A stretch of DNA of 32,000 nucleotides from Thermodesulfobacteriota bacterium. GTDB lineage: Bacteria; Desulfobacterota; WTBG01; JAGOGO01. Below are positions 8,590 through 16,675 of this stretch, in pieces. Where the stretch lies: NCBI GenBank assembly GCA_026625185.1, contig CP113000.1:1425622-1457621 (forward strand). Direction: 5' to 3'. Under the pieces are notes generated by a model that did no database searches, was not told the DNA's origin, and saw only the letters and a list, made by a program, of their open reading frames with translations. The number at the start of each line of letters is the position of its first letter. Within the stretch, counting starts at the first letter, position 1. The position numbers and the translations under genes are program-made.

Positions 8590-9293
8590 ATGAAAAGGTT
8601 TTCAATAATGTTGGCATCAATAGTTATCGTTCTGGGGGTTCTTGTCTCTCCGGCAAACTGCGCTGTTATATATGCCACGCTTGATACTTATGTAGACAGT
8701 TTTAATCCCAATTGGACGCTTGGGGGGTCGCAGCAAACAATGGCTGTAGGGCAGCAGAACCCCATAACTACACCTCCCCTACTAGATACAGAATATACCG
8801 AGGTTTCCTCCAGTTTGATTTAAGTGGCATCCCTGACAACGCCATAATAACGACGGCAGAACTGTGGGTGTATTATGGTGGGGCGAATCCTCAGAATTGT
8901 AGCCTATACTATGTGCCAAGTGACAGCGCCGTAACAAACACGATGAGCTGGAACTCACAACCCGCACCTAGTGGAGCGGCTCTGGACGAGCAATTTCTTG
9001 ATATGAACAATAGGTGGACTACTTTTAATATCTTGGCCGTTCCCAACGTCTGGAACTTCGCCAGTGACCTGTCGGATAACTTGCTTTCTCTGCTTATAAA
9101 AGGTTGTGAAAGTTCAGGTGGGCCCTACATTCTTTCACAATTTAGTACCTTGGAAGCATTACCAGGCACAGATCTTGACCCCTATCTGGTCATTGAATAC
9201 ACGGTCCGGCCGGTACCTATCCCCGCAGCTCTCTGGCTCGTCGGCTCGGGATTGATTGGCCTTTTTGGGTTCAGGCGGAAGTTTAGAAAATAG
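8590..9293 (+). pseudogene. Secreted DNRLRE-like domain protein with a PEP-CTERM/VPLPA-CTERM-type anchor, frameshifted
   Basis: Frame 1 gives a signal peptide plus DTYVDSFNPNWTLGGSQQTMAVGQQNP. The reading continues in another frame as YRIYRGFLQFDLSGIPDNAIITTAELWV and ends VPIPAALWLVGSGLIGLFGFRRKFRK. The shift lies at about 8757-8790, which contains C-runs. Confidence 0.6.
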
Positions 9294-9499
9294 TATCAGT
9301 AATCATAGATTGCCATAAAGGCATGGTCAAAAGGCTCTGCCTTTTTTGTTTGCCGATAGATGGATTACCACTCAAAATCGAACTTTCTAACTGTGGACTC
9401 CGCTCAGGCGTATAGGTTATAAAGAAAATTAATAGGGTTGATTTTATTTTTTTGGCCTTTCACCGGAACCTGAAATGGGGCAATATTGAAAAACATTAA

Positions 9500-9670
9500 G
9501 TGGTAGAATTCTAACTCAAAATGTGGGCCATCTTTCAGGGGCAGATCACTTGCCCAGCTTCTTCGGAAGGCGACCAAGTAATTTGTCATGCTGCTCCCGT
9601 GAGCAGCCATATTGCTGTTTGAATTTACCCTGCACTTTATTCCATGTGCCGTTGAATATTATTTGTTCAT
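9500..9670 (-). pseudogene. CsbD-like small stress protein remnant with multiple frameshifts
   Basis: The minus strand gives MNK then a stop. A neighbouring frame gives FNGTWNKVQGKFKQQYG..DKLLGRLPKKLGK, resembling the CsbD pattern W-K-x-x-K-G-K-x-K-x-x-W-G. No intact frame. Confidence 0.3.
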
Positions 9671-9728
9671 TCCCGCAATTCCCTTGTCCTATGTGCTGCA
9701 TGTTATGGGAGACCCCTGTGGTAATGCT

Positions 9729-10304
9729 TTACTTGTTGATCTTCGTGAACTTTGCCCCCTTCAGGGAAACGTCAACCATAAGTCCCTTGGCGCCAAAAAC
9801 AAACGCTACTACCGGGTCCTTTAATGACGTGGTGTCGAGCCGCTTGCCGCCGCCAACGTCAATCATCGCCACGTTGCCGTCCACCCCTACTTCCCATCCT
9901 TTGATCTTTCTGAACTCCCTTAACGCATCCTCGGTCATAAAGGCTATGATAATATCCATTTGTTCTCCGCCAAAGGTGAATCCATAGGATCCGGCGACAA
10001 GATTATAATACCCCTGGCTCTTGCCTTTAATTCGAAGCACACCCTGTCCGTACTCCCCCCCGACAAAAAATCCTGCCTTGGTAACGCCGGACATCACCAG
10101 CAGCGCTTTCGCGGAAGATGTAAGCTCTTTGGCGCCTTTGACCTCTTTATAGAAACGCTTCAACGTCCTGTTGGCGTCTGCGTTGATCTCAGCAGCTGTT
10201 TTCGCGTACGCATTGTGGGAAAACATGCCGAAGATAGTTATCGCCAGGCCAATGAAAATTAACCGTACAGTTTTACCTAAGTTTCTTGTAGAAAATGTTT
10301 GCAT
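9729..10304 (-). CDS. SYLF (Ysc84/DUF500) lipid-binding domain protein, secreted
   Basis: 191 aa with a signal peptide ending AYA, then GVTKAGFFVGGEYGQGVL..LVAGSYGFTFGGEQMDIII..GVDGNVAMIDVG, typical of SYLF domains. Confidence 0.8.
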   Translation of the reverse strand: MQTFSTRNLGKTVRLIFIGLAITIFGMFSHNAYAKTAAEINADANRTLKRFYKEVKGAKELTSSAKALLVMSGVTKAGFFVGGEYGQGVLRIKGKSQGYYNLVAGSYGFTFGGEQMDIIIAFMTEDALREFRKIKGWEVGVDGNVAMIDVGGGKRLDTTSLKDPVVAFVFGAKGLMVDVSLKGAKFTKINK

Positions 10305-10493
10305 TGTGTCCCTCCTTTAAGAAAAGCGTTCTGTTTTTTAAAATTGGTTTTTTAGTTGCATATTTAGGCTTGCCACGCAATGTAACCAGATTACCTTTGG
10401 CACTGAAAGAGCGATGCGAGACCCCTTGGTAGATTCGAGCCTCATTATATAGTCGGTTGAACCTTGTGTCATTCTACCTTCTATCCTGTTTTT

Positions 10494-11069
10494 CTACTTC
10501 CCCCCTTCTTTTTGGTTTCCCTGGTGTTGCTGGCCCTGACCATGATACTGTTGGTGGTGCAGTTGTCTTTCATTTCTTAGTTCCTGTTTCTGTTGTTGTG
10601 GTGGAGGCTGATAGCTCTGTACGCCCCAGGTTCTTTGCTTTTCCCAATGTCGATTATTATGCCAGCTGTTCCAGTTCTGTTGAAGTTTTTGGTTAGGAAT
10701 CCGTTCATATTCCCACCGGTGTCCGTTCCAATTATGGTTTCGGTAGTGTCCTCTCCAACCCGGGTCTATATCAAAATAAAAGCTTGGGATCTGGTCATAA
10801 TAAGCCCATCCCCGGTCATAGTGATGTGAGCGATACCAACGACCTTCCCATGGACGCCACCACCAACCATTCCAGAAAAACATGTCAAAAGTTATATCAG
10901 GAACAAAGTACACATCGTCCGTATCAGGCATCACTACCACGTGCGGAGGTGCTTTAAATACGATGGGTGGCAGAGAAATTCCAATACCGATATTGACCTC
11001 TGCCATTGTTGGAAAAGGAGCAATAATTACCAACGTCAAAACAATTGTCCCCAGAAGCAACTTTTTCAT
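10494..11069 (-). CDS. Secreted Trp/His/Arg/Gln-rich hypothetical protein
   Basis: The likely start is MKKLLLGTIV, which has an AAAGGAG RBS. The ORF track starts 11 codons earlier. Signal peptide, then FFWNGWWWRPWEGRWYRSHHYDRGWAYY and a Q/H-rich tail. Confidence 0.55.
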   Translation of the reverse strand: MKKLLLGTIVLTLVIIAPFPTMAEVNIGIGISLPPIVFKAPPHVVVMPDTDDVYFVPDITFDMFFWNGWWWRPWEGRWYRSHHYDRGWAYYDQIPSFYFDIDPGWRGHYRNHNWNGHRWEYERIPNQKLQQNWNSWHNNRHWEKQRTWGVQSYQPPPQQQKQELRNERQLHHQQYHGQGQQHQGNQKEGGK

Positions 11070-11212
11070 TAGCGGTTCTCCTTTGTTGATAAAATGGTTC
11101 ATTAGGAGACCTTTTCTCCTGAAGGCATCCTAATATTCGGCAAAATCTTTTCCAACTTGCTGAACCCCCTCTTTTCCCAATACCTCACCTTCTCCAGGAA
11201 AGGTCCAAATCG

Positions 11213-11362
11213 CTACAATATCTTTCGTCCCTGAATTAGTTGGATCACTAACACGATGATGGCAACGACCAGCAGGATGTGAATGACCCCACCCATCGTG
11301 TAGCCACTAACCAACCCCAACAACCACAAAACTAAGAAAATCACAAATATGGTCCAAAGCAT
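11213..11362 (-). CDS. lmo0937-family small membrane protein
   Basis: MLWTIFVIFLVLWLLGLVSGYTMGGVIHILLVVAIIVLVIQLIQGRKIL (49 aa) matches the family pattern. An AAAGGAG RBS precedes this ATG, so the 65-aa track ORF is over-extended. Confidence 0.75.
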   Translation of the reverse strand: MLWTIFVIFLVLWLLGLVSGYTMGGVIHILLVVAIIVLVIQLIQGRKIL

Positions 11363-11619
11363 GGTCGACTCCTTTCTTAGGACAGAATGCGTCCATCCAT
11401 TTAAGTCCACTTTGGAGACCCTTAAAACATCGGTTTAGATTACTTTTGAAAAATTATTAAAAATGGCTAAAAAGTAAATACCGTAATTCCCGTATGTTTT
11501 TCAAAAAAATAATGTATTTAGAGAGTGAACTTTCCTGTATGGAGACAAGCGACTTTACCTTCTAAATTTCAGGAATTTCATAGCGATCTCCAAAGGGTGT
11601 TGAAAATAGAAGGTATTAA

Positions 11620-11901
11620 TTGGAAATCGGAATAACCAAGAAAAAATTTCTTGTGTTGGTTGTTCTTTCAATGTGATTAATTTTGTCATCATCGGTTTCT
11701 GCGCAACCGAAGGATGTCCCAAGGGAAGCAGTATATATTACCTATTTAATAAGCGGTATCGGTCAGGAATCCTTGGATAGAATTAAGTCTCAGGAAAAAG
11801 AATACGCCCTGAAACTGTTCTTGGTCACACAATCCGGCCCCTACTTTAGTGATGTGGATATGCAACTTGCCGACATGAAAGGAAAGGTCTTGATCGAATA
11901 A
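11620..11901 (+). pseudogene. Remnant of a secreted carboxypeptidase-regulatory-like domain protein, with an in-frame TGA and a 3' truncation
   Basis: TTG-EIGITKKKFLVLVVLSM-TGA-LILSSSVSAQP. The stop at 11674-11676 sits inside an apparent signal peptide. The ORF ends after ..YALKLFLVTQSGPYFSDVDMQLADMKGKVLIE, where my recollection is that homologues continue. Confidence 0.35.
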
Positions 11902-12069
11902 AAAACAATTTACTTGCGCTTTGCTGATGAATAAAAATTTCATGAGTCGCCTCCATAAATTGGAATGGTCTACGGTTGACAAACCCCAAGAATCAATCAA
12001 CCGTATTTAAAATAAGAACTTATCCGTAAATTTATGGCAATGATTAAGGAGGTTATGGTATTATGAGCC

Positions 12070-12192
12070 ATGAGTGCTATAAAATCATGGACCATGTCCG
12101 ACAAAGTTTGGGAACGGGTCGAGCCGCTGATTCCAAAAAAAAAGCGCCCGAGGAAGCGTAAATATCTAAATAAGGGAAAGTCTGTATTTTAG
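12070..12192 (+). pseudogene. N-terminal fragment of an IS5/IS4-type transposase (DUF4096-like)
   Basis: My own translation gives MSAIKSWTMSDKVWERVEPLIPKKKRPRKRKYLNKGKSVF*. The W-E-R-(I/V)-E-P-L-(I/L)-P motif is typical of the N-terminus of these transposases. No DDE domain follows. Confidence 0.45.
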
Positions 12193-12400
12193 AAGGTAAA
12201 AGGCTTTATCTCGAGTGAGGTGGGAAGAAAAAAGCTCTTTCTCTTCGGTGGAACCAAAATAGAATTAATATTGCTTTTCCCCTCCTTTATTCTTTAATTT
12301 TTTGGCTTACTGAGGAATGTAATGTAATAGGAGAATAACGGGATTAGACGGGATTTGCCGGTTAATGTCGGGATAATAAGAAGTTAGATGAAATTTGAGC

Positions 12401-12478
12401 AAAATTTTGTCGCCACACTGTTACCCGCCAACCCCTGTTTTTTTGTAATGAAATCGGCGACAATTTTTAAGATAAATT
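12401..12478 (-). repeat. Degenerate attC-like element (H), the distal end of the array
   Basis: The minus strand reads TCTTAAAAATTGTCGCCGAT..GGCGACAAAATTTT. It shares TTAA..GCCGAT with the clear copies and has an inverted repeat of about 12 bp, but no clear GTT R' box. Confidence 0.3.
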
Positions 12479-12505
12479 TCCGCACGTAGTTTGAAAAAAA
12501 CCGCC

Positions 12506-12643
12506 TTATTTCTTTTTGGGAACTTTAATCGTTTCGACAACGGCCGTCGACGTTCTTCTTTGAGCAACTTTAACAGGAATAAATTTTCCCGTTCCTGCGT
12601 CACGTCCAACTTTAAAAGTAGTATTACCTGCTTTTTTAGGCAT
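12506..12643 (-). CDS. Small basic hypothetical protein (45 aa)
   Basis: My own translation gives MPKKAGNTTFKVGRDAGTGKFIPVKVAQRRTSTAVVETIKVPKKK*, with a GGAGGGTG RBS 5 nt upstream. The 78-aa track ORF 12421..12657 is in a different, implausible frame. Confidence 0.5.
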   Translation of the reverse strand: MPKKAGNTTFKVGRDAGTGKFIPVKVAQRRTSTAVVETIKVPKKK

Positions 12644-12679
12644 TTCACACCCTCCATTATAAAACTATTTAATTTTTAT

Positions 12680-12768
12680 TATATTATCCGCACGTATTTT
12701 AAAAAACACTCATAATCATAAATTTTAAACGCAGAAATCAGCCGCCGGGGTCTTAGGCCGGGTGGGTT
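12680..12768 (-). repeat. Degenerate attC-like element (J) after the 224-aa membrane-protein cassette
   Basis: ATCAGCCGCCGGGGTCTTAGG resembles ATCGGCATAAGGCGCCGGGGTTAAG of copy B. The left half is poorly conserved. Confidence 0.25.
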
Positions 12769-12769
12769 T

Positions 12770-13441
12770 TCAATCCGGCGAATTGAGGTTCGGAATTTTC
12801 AGGCCGACCCTTAGTGCTGCATCACTTCCCAGATCTTGGACGTAATAACCCCGATTTGGTATTTGTAGGCCCGTTAACAATTTAGACAGCGTAGCGCCAA
12901 TATCGGGACTATCCGGGCGTGCCCACCAAATGACTCCATATTCTACCCCAGTCACCATTCCTATCTCGCCATCTACCTCGACGCGTAGTCCTGATGCCTT
13001 CAAGGCTTCTGCAATTTCGTTTGCGAAATTGTATGGTTCAAGCTCACCGCGGCGATGGATATTTATTGTCATCCCACGAAATCTGGACATTGCGTTAATG
13101 ATTGACCAGCGATCTACCTTAGTCAAATGACGGGGCGCAAGTTGCCGCTCTAATTGAATGCGTGCAAAACGCTCTTTTTCGACCTGCAAGGATAGGTCCG
13201 AAGCTTGTCGTTCTTTATAATGTGAGTATATTGCTTGCACCACGGATAGGGCAACAAACAAAACGAGAAAGAGGATTGTCAAACTCATGCCCCACTTGAT
13301 CTTGAAGATTTTTTCCAAAAACCCAAGACTTCCAAGAATAATCAATCCGATTGAAAGCGCCAGCCGCCACGAGAAAATAAAAGATACAGCAAATAGGCCG
13401 CAAAAGACAAAAACTATCACGATAATTAAGCATTTTTTCAT
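12770..13441 (-). CDS. Cassette ORF: membrane protein with a soluble C-terminal domain (hypothetical)
   Basis: Start taken at MKKCLIIV, because the track's TTG start lies inside the attC-like repeat. Three or four N-terminal TM helices, then about 130 aa of soluble sequence. Confidence 0.55.
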   Translation of the reverse strand: MKKCLIIVIVFVFCGLFAVSFIFSWRLALSIGLIILGSLGFLEKIFKIKWGMSLTILFLVLFVALSVVQAIYSHYKERQASDLSLQVEKERFARIQLERQLAPRHLTKVDRWSIINAMSRFRGMTINIHRRGELEPYNFANEIAEALKASGLRVEVDGEIGMVTGVEYGVIWWARPDSPDIGATLSKLLTGLQIPNRGYYVQDLGSDAALRVGLKIPNLNSPD

Positions 13442-13458
13442 AATAATTTTTGATGCAT

Positions 13459-13560
13459 AACAGTATTTATATTGAGCCAAATAAAAACCCAAATGGTTTA
13501 CTCAATTATAAAAAATGGCATAAAATCCAGTTGTTAAAAATTTTATAATTTTGGGGGCGT
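13459..13560 (-). repeat. attC-like recombination site, copy A
   Basis: The plus strand reads AACAGTATTTATATTGAGCC..ATGGCATAAAATCCAGTTGTTAAAAATTTTATAATTTTGGGGGCG. R' on the minus strand is GTTATGC and R'' is TTTTAAC. Confidence 0.55.
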
Positions 13561-13579
13561 CCCCATCTTTCCGTTTTAG

Positions 13580-14693
13580 TTAGGTAGAATCAACTTCAAA
13601 GTGCACCATTTGAGAAAAGCATGCGACATGACAGGAATTCTGGTATGTTGAGAAGAACGACCAACTCGCAACCAGAAAGAGCCTGCCATGTCATATATAC
13701 ATTTAACAGAAAACGAACGATATGTCATCAGCCATTTAAATGTGGCTGGATTTAGTAAACGAGAAATTGCCCGCCGGATAAACCGAGATCACAGCACGGT
13801 CAGTCGTGAACTTAAACGCAACGGGCCGGAATATGATTGCACTGTTTATTGGTATGACTGGACGCATCCGGTAGCTCTAAAACGACGGCATCAGGCCAGG
13901 CATTATCGTCGGGAGGGCAACGAGCGCCTTGTTGATTATGTAAAAACAAAACTGAATCTGCAATGGTCTCCAGAGGAGATAAGCGATTATATGCGGATTA
14001 ATTATCCTGATGATGAGACGATGCGAGTGTGCCATGAGACAATTTATCGCTGGATTTATAAGGATGCGAAGGTTAATGGCAAGCTTTATCTAAACCTGCG
14101 GCGGGGGAGGAAAAGGCGACGGCGCCAGAAACGGTATGGTTTGGGAAGGCGGTTTCTTGCCGGGCGCAAGAGAATTGCTCAACGACCTGAAATCGTGGAA
14201 GGGAGAAAACGATTTGGAGACTGGGAGGGCGATACGATCGAAGGCAAAAAAAGCAGTGGCTATATCGCGACGTTAGTCGAACGCAAGAGCCGCTACCTTT
14301 TGGCTGGCAAGCTGGAAAATAAGAAAGCTACGACATTGACAGATAAAAGCACTCAAATTTTCAGGCGCATTCCTGGAATAATGCGGCAAACTTTAACGGT
14401 AGATAATGGAACAGAGTTTGCCCAATTTAAAGAACTTGAGGAAAAAACCAAACTCAGTATTTACTTTGCCGATCCTTATGCTGCATGGCAGCGAGGAGCC
14501 AATGAAAACACCAACGGATTACTGCGGCAGTATTTTCCGAAAGGAACTTACATGAGAAAAATTACCGAACGTGATATTTCTCGTGCTGTTAAAAGGCTTA
14601 ATAATCGGCCAAGAAAATCTCTCAACTACCGGACACCCTATGAAGTGTTCTGGAATGCAGCTCGTGGTGCACTTGCAATTTGAATTCACCTTA
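13580..14693 (+). mobile_element. IS30-family insertion sequence
   Basis: Imperfect terminal inverted repeats: left ..AGGTAGAATCAACTTCAAAGTGCACCA, right (reverse complement) ..AAGGTGAATTCAAATTGCAAGTGCACCA. They enclose a single transposase gene. The element is about 1.1 kb. Confidence 0.8.
13688..14683 (+). CDS. IS30-family DDE transposase
   Basis: 331 aa. N-terminal HTH (LTENERYVISHL..GFSKREIARRINRDHSTVSRELKRN), then GDWEGDTI..TLTVDNGTEF..ANENTNGLLRQYFPKG, the DD(E) signature. Confidence 0.9.
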   Translation: MSYIHLTENERYVISHLNVAGFSKREIARRINRDHSTVSRELKRNGPEYDCTVYWYDWTHPVALKRRHQARHYRREGNERLVDYVKTKLNLQWSPEEISDYMRINYPDDETMRVCHETIYRWIYKDAKVNGKLYLNLRRGRKRRRRQKRYGLGRRFLAGRKRIAQRPEIVEGRKRFGDWEGDTIEGKKSSGYIATLVERKSRYLLAGKLENKKATTLTDKSTQIFRRIPGIMRQTLTVDNGTEFAQFKELEEKTKLSIYFADPYAAWQRGANENTNGLLRQYFPKGTYMRKITERDISRAVKRLNNRPRKSLNYRTPYEVFWNAARGALAI

Positions 14694-14711
14694 TACAATA
14701 AATACTCCCAT

Positions 14712-15032
14712 TCACAGCGTTAACAAGCCTCGTTTCTCATAGAGGCTCTGCGGTTCTTTGCGCCAGAAGCTCCAACACTTTTCCTGTCCCGGAAGGTAAT
14801 GAATCCGCGGATCGGACATGCACGCGCACCTTGCACGATCCTCTGAAAGGCCCGTTCCCTTCGCCAGTGTTTCAGTGGTCACATGGCTCTCTTGGGGTTC
14901 GTCCCGCGTGTTGGCGCGGAGCCAATTATATACCTTCCGCCGGTCCAATTTCGCACGCACTCGCGCGACTAACCACCAGAGCAGGCCCACGGCCAATGCT
15001 GACGAGACCGCTTTTACAACGTCATCTTTCAT
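14712..15032 (-). CDS. Cassette ORF: hypothetical protein with one TM helix (106 aa)
   Basis: Start moved to MKDDVV, which has a GAGGGAG RBS 5 nt upstream. The track start would overlap attC copy B. The IS30 element separates it from its attC (copy A). Confidence 0.55.
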   Translation of the reverse strand: MKDDVVKAVSSALAVGLLWWLVARVRAKLDRRKVYNWLRANTRDEPQESHVTTETLAKGTGLSEDRARCACMSDPRIHYLPGQEKCWSFWRKEPQSLYEKRGLLTL

Positions 15033-15051
15033 ACTATCTCCCTCACCTATC

Positions 15052-15128
15052 AGGTAACGGGCTTTCCATCCCATATATATAAATCGGCATAAGGCGCCGG
15101 GGTTAAGAATTTTGTAATTTTAGGGATG
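15052..15128 (-). repeat. attC-like recombination site, copy B
   Basis: The plus strand reads AGGTAAC..ATATATATAAATCGGCATAAGGCGCCGGGGTTAAGAATTTTGTAATTTTAGGGATG. R' is GTTACCT and R'' is TCTTAAC. Confidence 0.5.
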
Positions 15129-15356
15129 TCTCTCACTTTTTCCCCTGGTTCGAAGGATGACGCCAGTCTGCTCAATCTGGTACTCGCCCTTCTTCAGCCG
15201 ATTTATGGTCAATCCGTCTGAAGTCCGAAGCTCCTTTAGCCCTTCAACGACGGTTTTTTGATTCTCGCCAGTTTCAATGAAGTCGGTGTAGACGTAGACG
15301 GTGTACCGACGGCCGTCGTCACCAACCGCTAAGAATCTGCCAGTTTGTCTCTTCAT
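15120..15356 (-). CDS. Cassette ORF: small hypothetical protein (78 aa)
   Basis: AAAGGAAAA RBS. The TAA stop lies inside the conserved box of the repeat. Confidence 0.6.
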   Translation of the reverse strand: MKRQTGRFLAVGDDGRRYTVYVYTDFIETGENQKTVVEGLKELRTSDGLTINRLKKGEYQIEQTGVILRTRGKSERHP

Positions 15357-15373
15357 TAATTTTCCTTTAAACC

Positions 15374-15484
15374 GCCGAACAGTGGTTATATTGATCCGTA
15401 AAAAAACCTAAATAAGTTATTAAGTTATAAAAAAATCGGCATAAGGCGCCGTTGTTAAGAATTTTATAATTTTAGGGACGGCCA
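15374..15484 (-). repeat. attC-like recombination site, copy C (best-preserved)
   Basis: The minus strand reads CCCTAAAATTATAAAATTC-TTAAC-AACGGCGCC-TTATGCCGAT..ATCAATATAA-CCACT-GTTCGGC. On the plus strand AACAGTGG pairs with CCGTTGTT and TTATATTGAT pairs with ATCGGCATAA, using G-T pairs and leaving GGCG unpaired. Confidence 0.65.
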
Positions 15485-15500
15485 CTTTCTTTTCACTTCG

Positions 15501-15722
15501 TCAGTCGATTTTGCGCACCTGAATCATCTCATTCATGCCTTCGACTTCGAGCATATACTTGGAGCCATCCTTCAAGATCTTCGCCCTGGGCCTATATTTG
15601 TACTTGTACTTATATTTATAGCGTACCTGTTGCCATTTAGACCCATCAACAAGCTCGTACACATTATCTAAATCCCAACCGTGGAATTCTCCAACAATTC
15701 GGCTTTTCTTTTTGAGTTCCAT
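15501..15722 (-). CDS. Cassette ORF: small hypothetical protein (73 aa) with a KYKYKYKY run
   Basis: GAAGGAAAG RBS. IVGEFHGWDLDNVYELVDGSKWQQVRYKYKYKYKYRPRAKI..MLEVEGMNEMIQVRKI, a small beta-rich pattern I have seen widely in bacteria but cannot name. Confidence 0.6.
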   Translation of the reverse strand: MELKKKSRIVGEFHGWDLDNVYELVDGSKWQQVRYKYKYKYKYRPRAKILKDGSKYMLEVEGMNEMIQVRKID

Positions 15723-15742
15723 TTATAATCTTTCCTTCACAA

Positions 15743-15790
15743 AGCCAACAATATTTATATTGATCCACATAGAGCGCCGTGGTTAAGAAT
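15743..15790 (-). repeat. attC-like recombination site, copy D (short form)
   Basis: The minus strand reads TTCTTAAC-CACGGCGCTCTATGTGGATCAATATAAATATT-GTTGGCT. The upstream ORF's stop codon is the TAA inside TTAAC. Confidence 0.5.
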
Positions 15791-16535
15791 TTGTCCCGTG
15801 CGCCGCCCCGTTCGCAAATTTGATTTGTTGTCGTCCTACGAGCTCCTTGAGTTGCTCGACGGTTAGCCAAGGTTGATGCTTACGATGCAACATGCTGTGG
15901 CAATTAGAACAAACAGGAAGCAAGTCTGCAACGCTTACGATAGTGTCAGGAGTCAAAGTTGCAATAGGAATCTTATGGTGAGCTTCGATGAAACCTGCAC
16001 CAAGCTCCCCATACGTTTTAGAAAAACTGAAACCGCATGCACTGCATGAAATGTTTCCATGTGAGGCAGCCATCCACGTTTCTTTTGCTCTATTAACAAG
16101 ATTGCGATTCCTCTCCTTGTCTCGATGAAGTCGGAATTGCTCTTTGCCTTCCCTGAAGGATTGCTCGTTGGGATCGAATCCAAACTCCTGCGCCAACAAC
16201 ACATCAGGTTCAGGTGCGATATATAGAGCATTTTCGATCCGCTCACGGTCAGAGGAACTCGTCGCATGTTTGAGAAGAATGGCTTTGAGTTCTGGCGACT
16301 TATCATTTTGCCAATCTCTATACAATCGGTCAAAGTCATGCAAGGAACTTATATGGGGTCGAAGACCTCTAATGAACTTGTCGTTGACAGTGGTCTTTTC
16401 AATTCCTCTTTGCGCAGCAATAGACTTGGTGGCCTGCAAACGCCTTGAATAAACACTGGTGTCCGAAGGATTTGCCCGAAAGGCTTCCTTGATTTCCTCA
16501 ATTACTTCAGCAATCTGCTCTATCTTGACACTCAT
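15783..16535 (-). CDS. Cassette ORF: HNH nuclease with an unknown N-terminal domain of about 140 aa
   Basis: The C-terminus CSACGFSFSKTYGELGAGFIEAHHKIPIA..LLPVCSNCHSMLHR is a McrA-like HNH motif (CxxC..HH..CxxCH). I do not recognise the N-terminal half. Confidence 0.7.
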   Translation of the reverse strand: MSVKIEQIAEVIEEIKEAFRANPSDTSVYSRRLQATKSIAAQRGIEKTTVNDKFIRGLRPHISSLHDFDRLYRDWQNDKSPELKAILLKHATSSSDRERIENALYIAPEPDVLLAQEFGFDPNEQSFREGKEQFRLHRDKERNRNLVNRAKETWMAASHGNISCSACGFSFSKTYGELGAGFIEAHHKIPIATLTPDTIVSVADLLPVCSNCHSMLHRKHQPWLTVEQLKELVGRQQIKFANGAAHGTNS

Positions 16536-16563
16536 GATGAAAAGTCCAACGTCGGAGTTTGTG

Positions 16564-16675
16564 AGCTAACAAGGCTTATATTGATCCATATTAAAACCCA
16601 AAATGCGTAACTCAATCTATAAAAAAATCGGCATAAGGCTCGTTTGTTAAGAATTTTATAATTTTAGGTACGGGG
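16564..16675 (-). repeat. attC-like recombination site, copy E
   Basis: The minus strand reads CCTAAAATTATAAAATTC-TTAAC-AAACGAGCC-TTATGCCGAT..ATCAATATAA-GCCTT-GTTAGCT. Confidence 0.65.

Noticed and set aside
9404-9610. 68-aa ORF (PLKDGPHFELEF...) as a RelE/ParE-like toxin
   Set aside because: The resemblance rests on a single short motif. The same DNA reads better as frameshifted CsbD-like remnants, and neither reading gives an intact gene.
12421-12657. 78-aa track ORF (MEGVKCLKKQ...)
   Set aside because: Its composition is implausible and it has no RBS. Another frame on the same strand gives a 45-aa protein with a GGAGG RBS (12506-12643), which I report instead.
15590-15625. Hexanucleotide run encoding KYKYKYKY as a phase-variation tract
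   Set aside because: There are only about four imperfect units (TTGTAC/TTATAT). It is in-frame and too short and too impure for efficient slippage.
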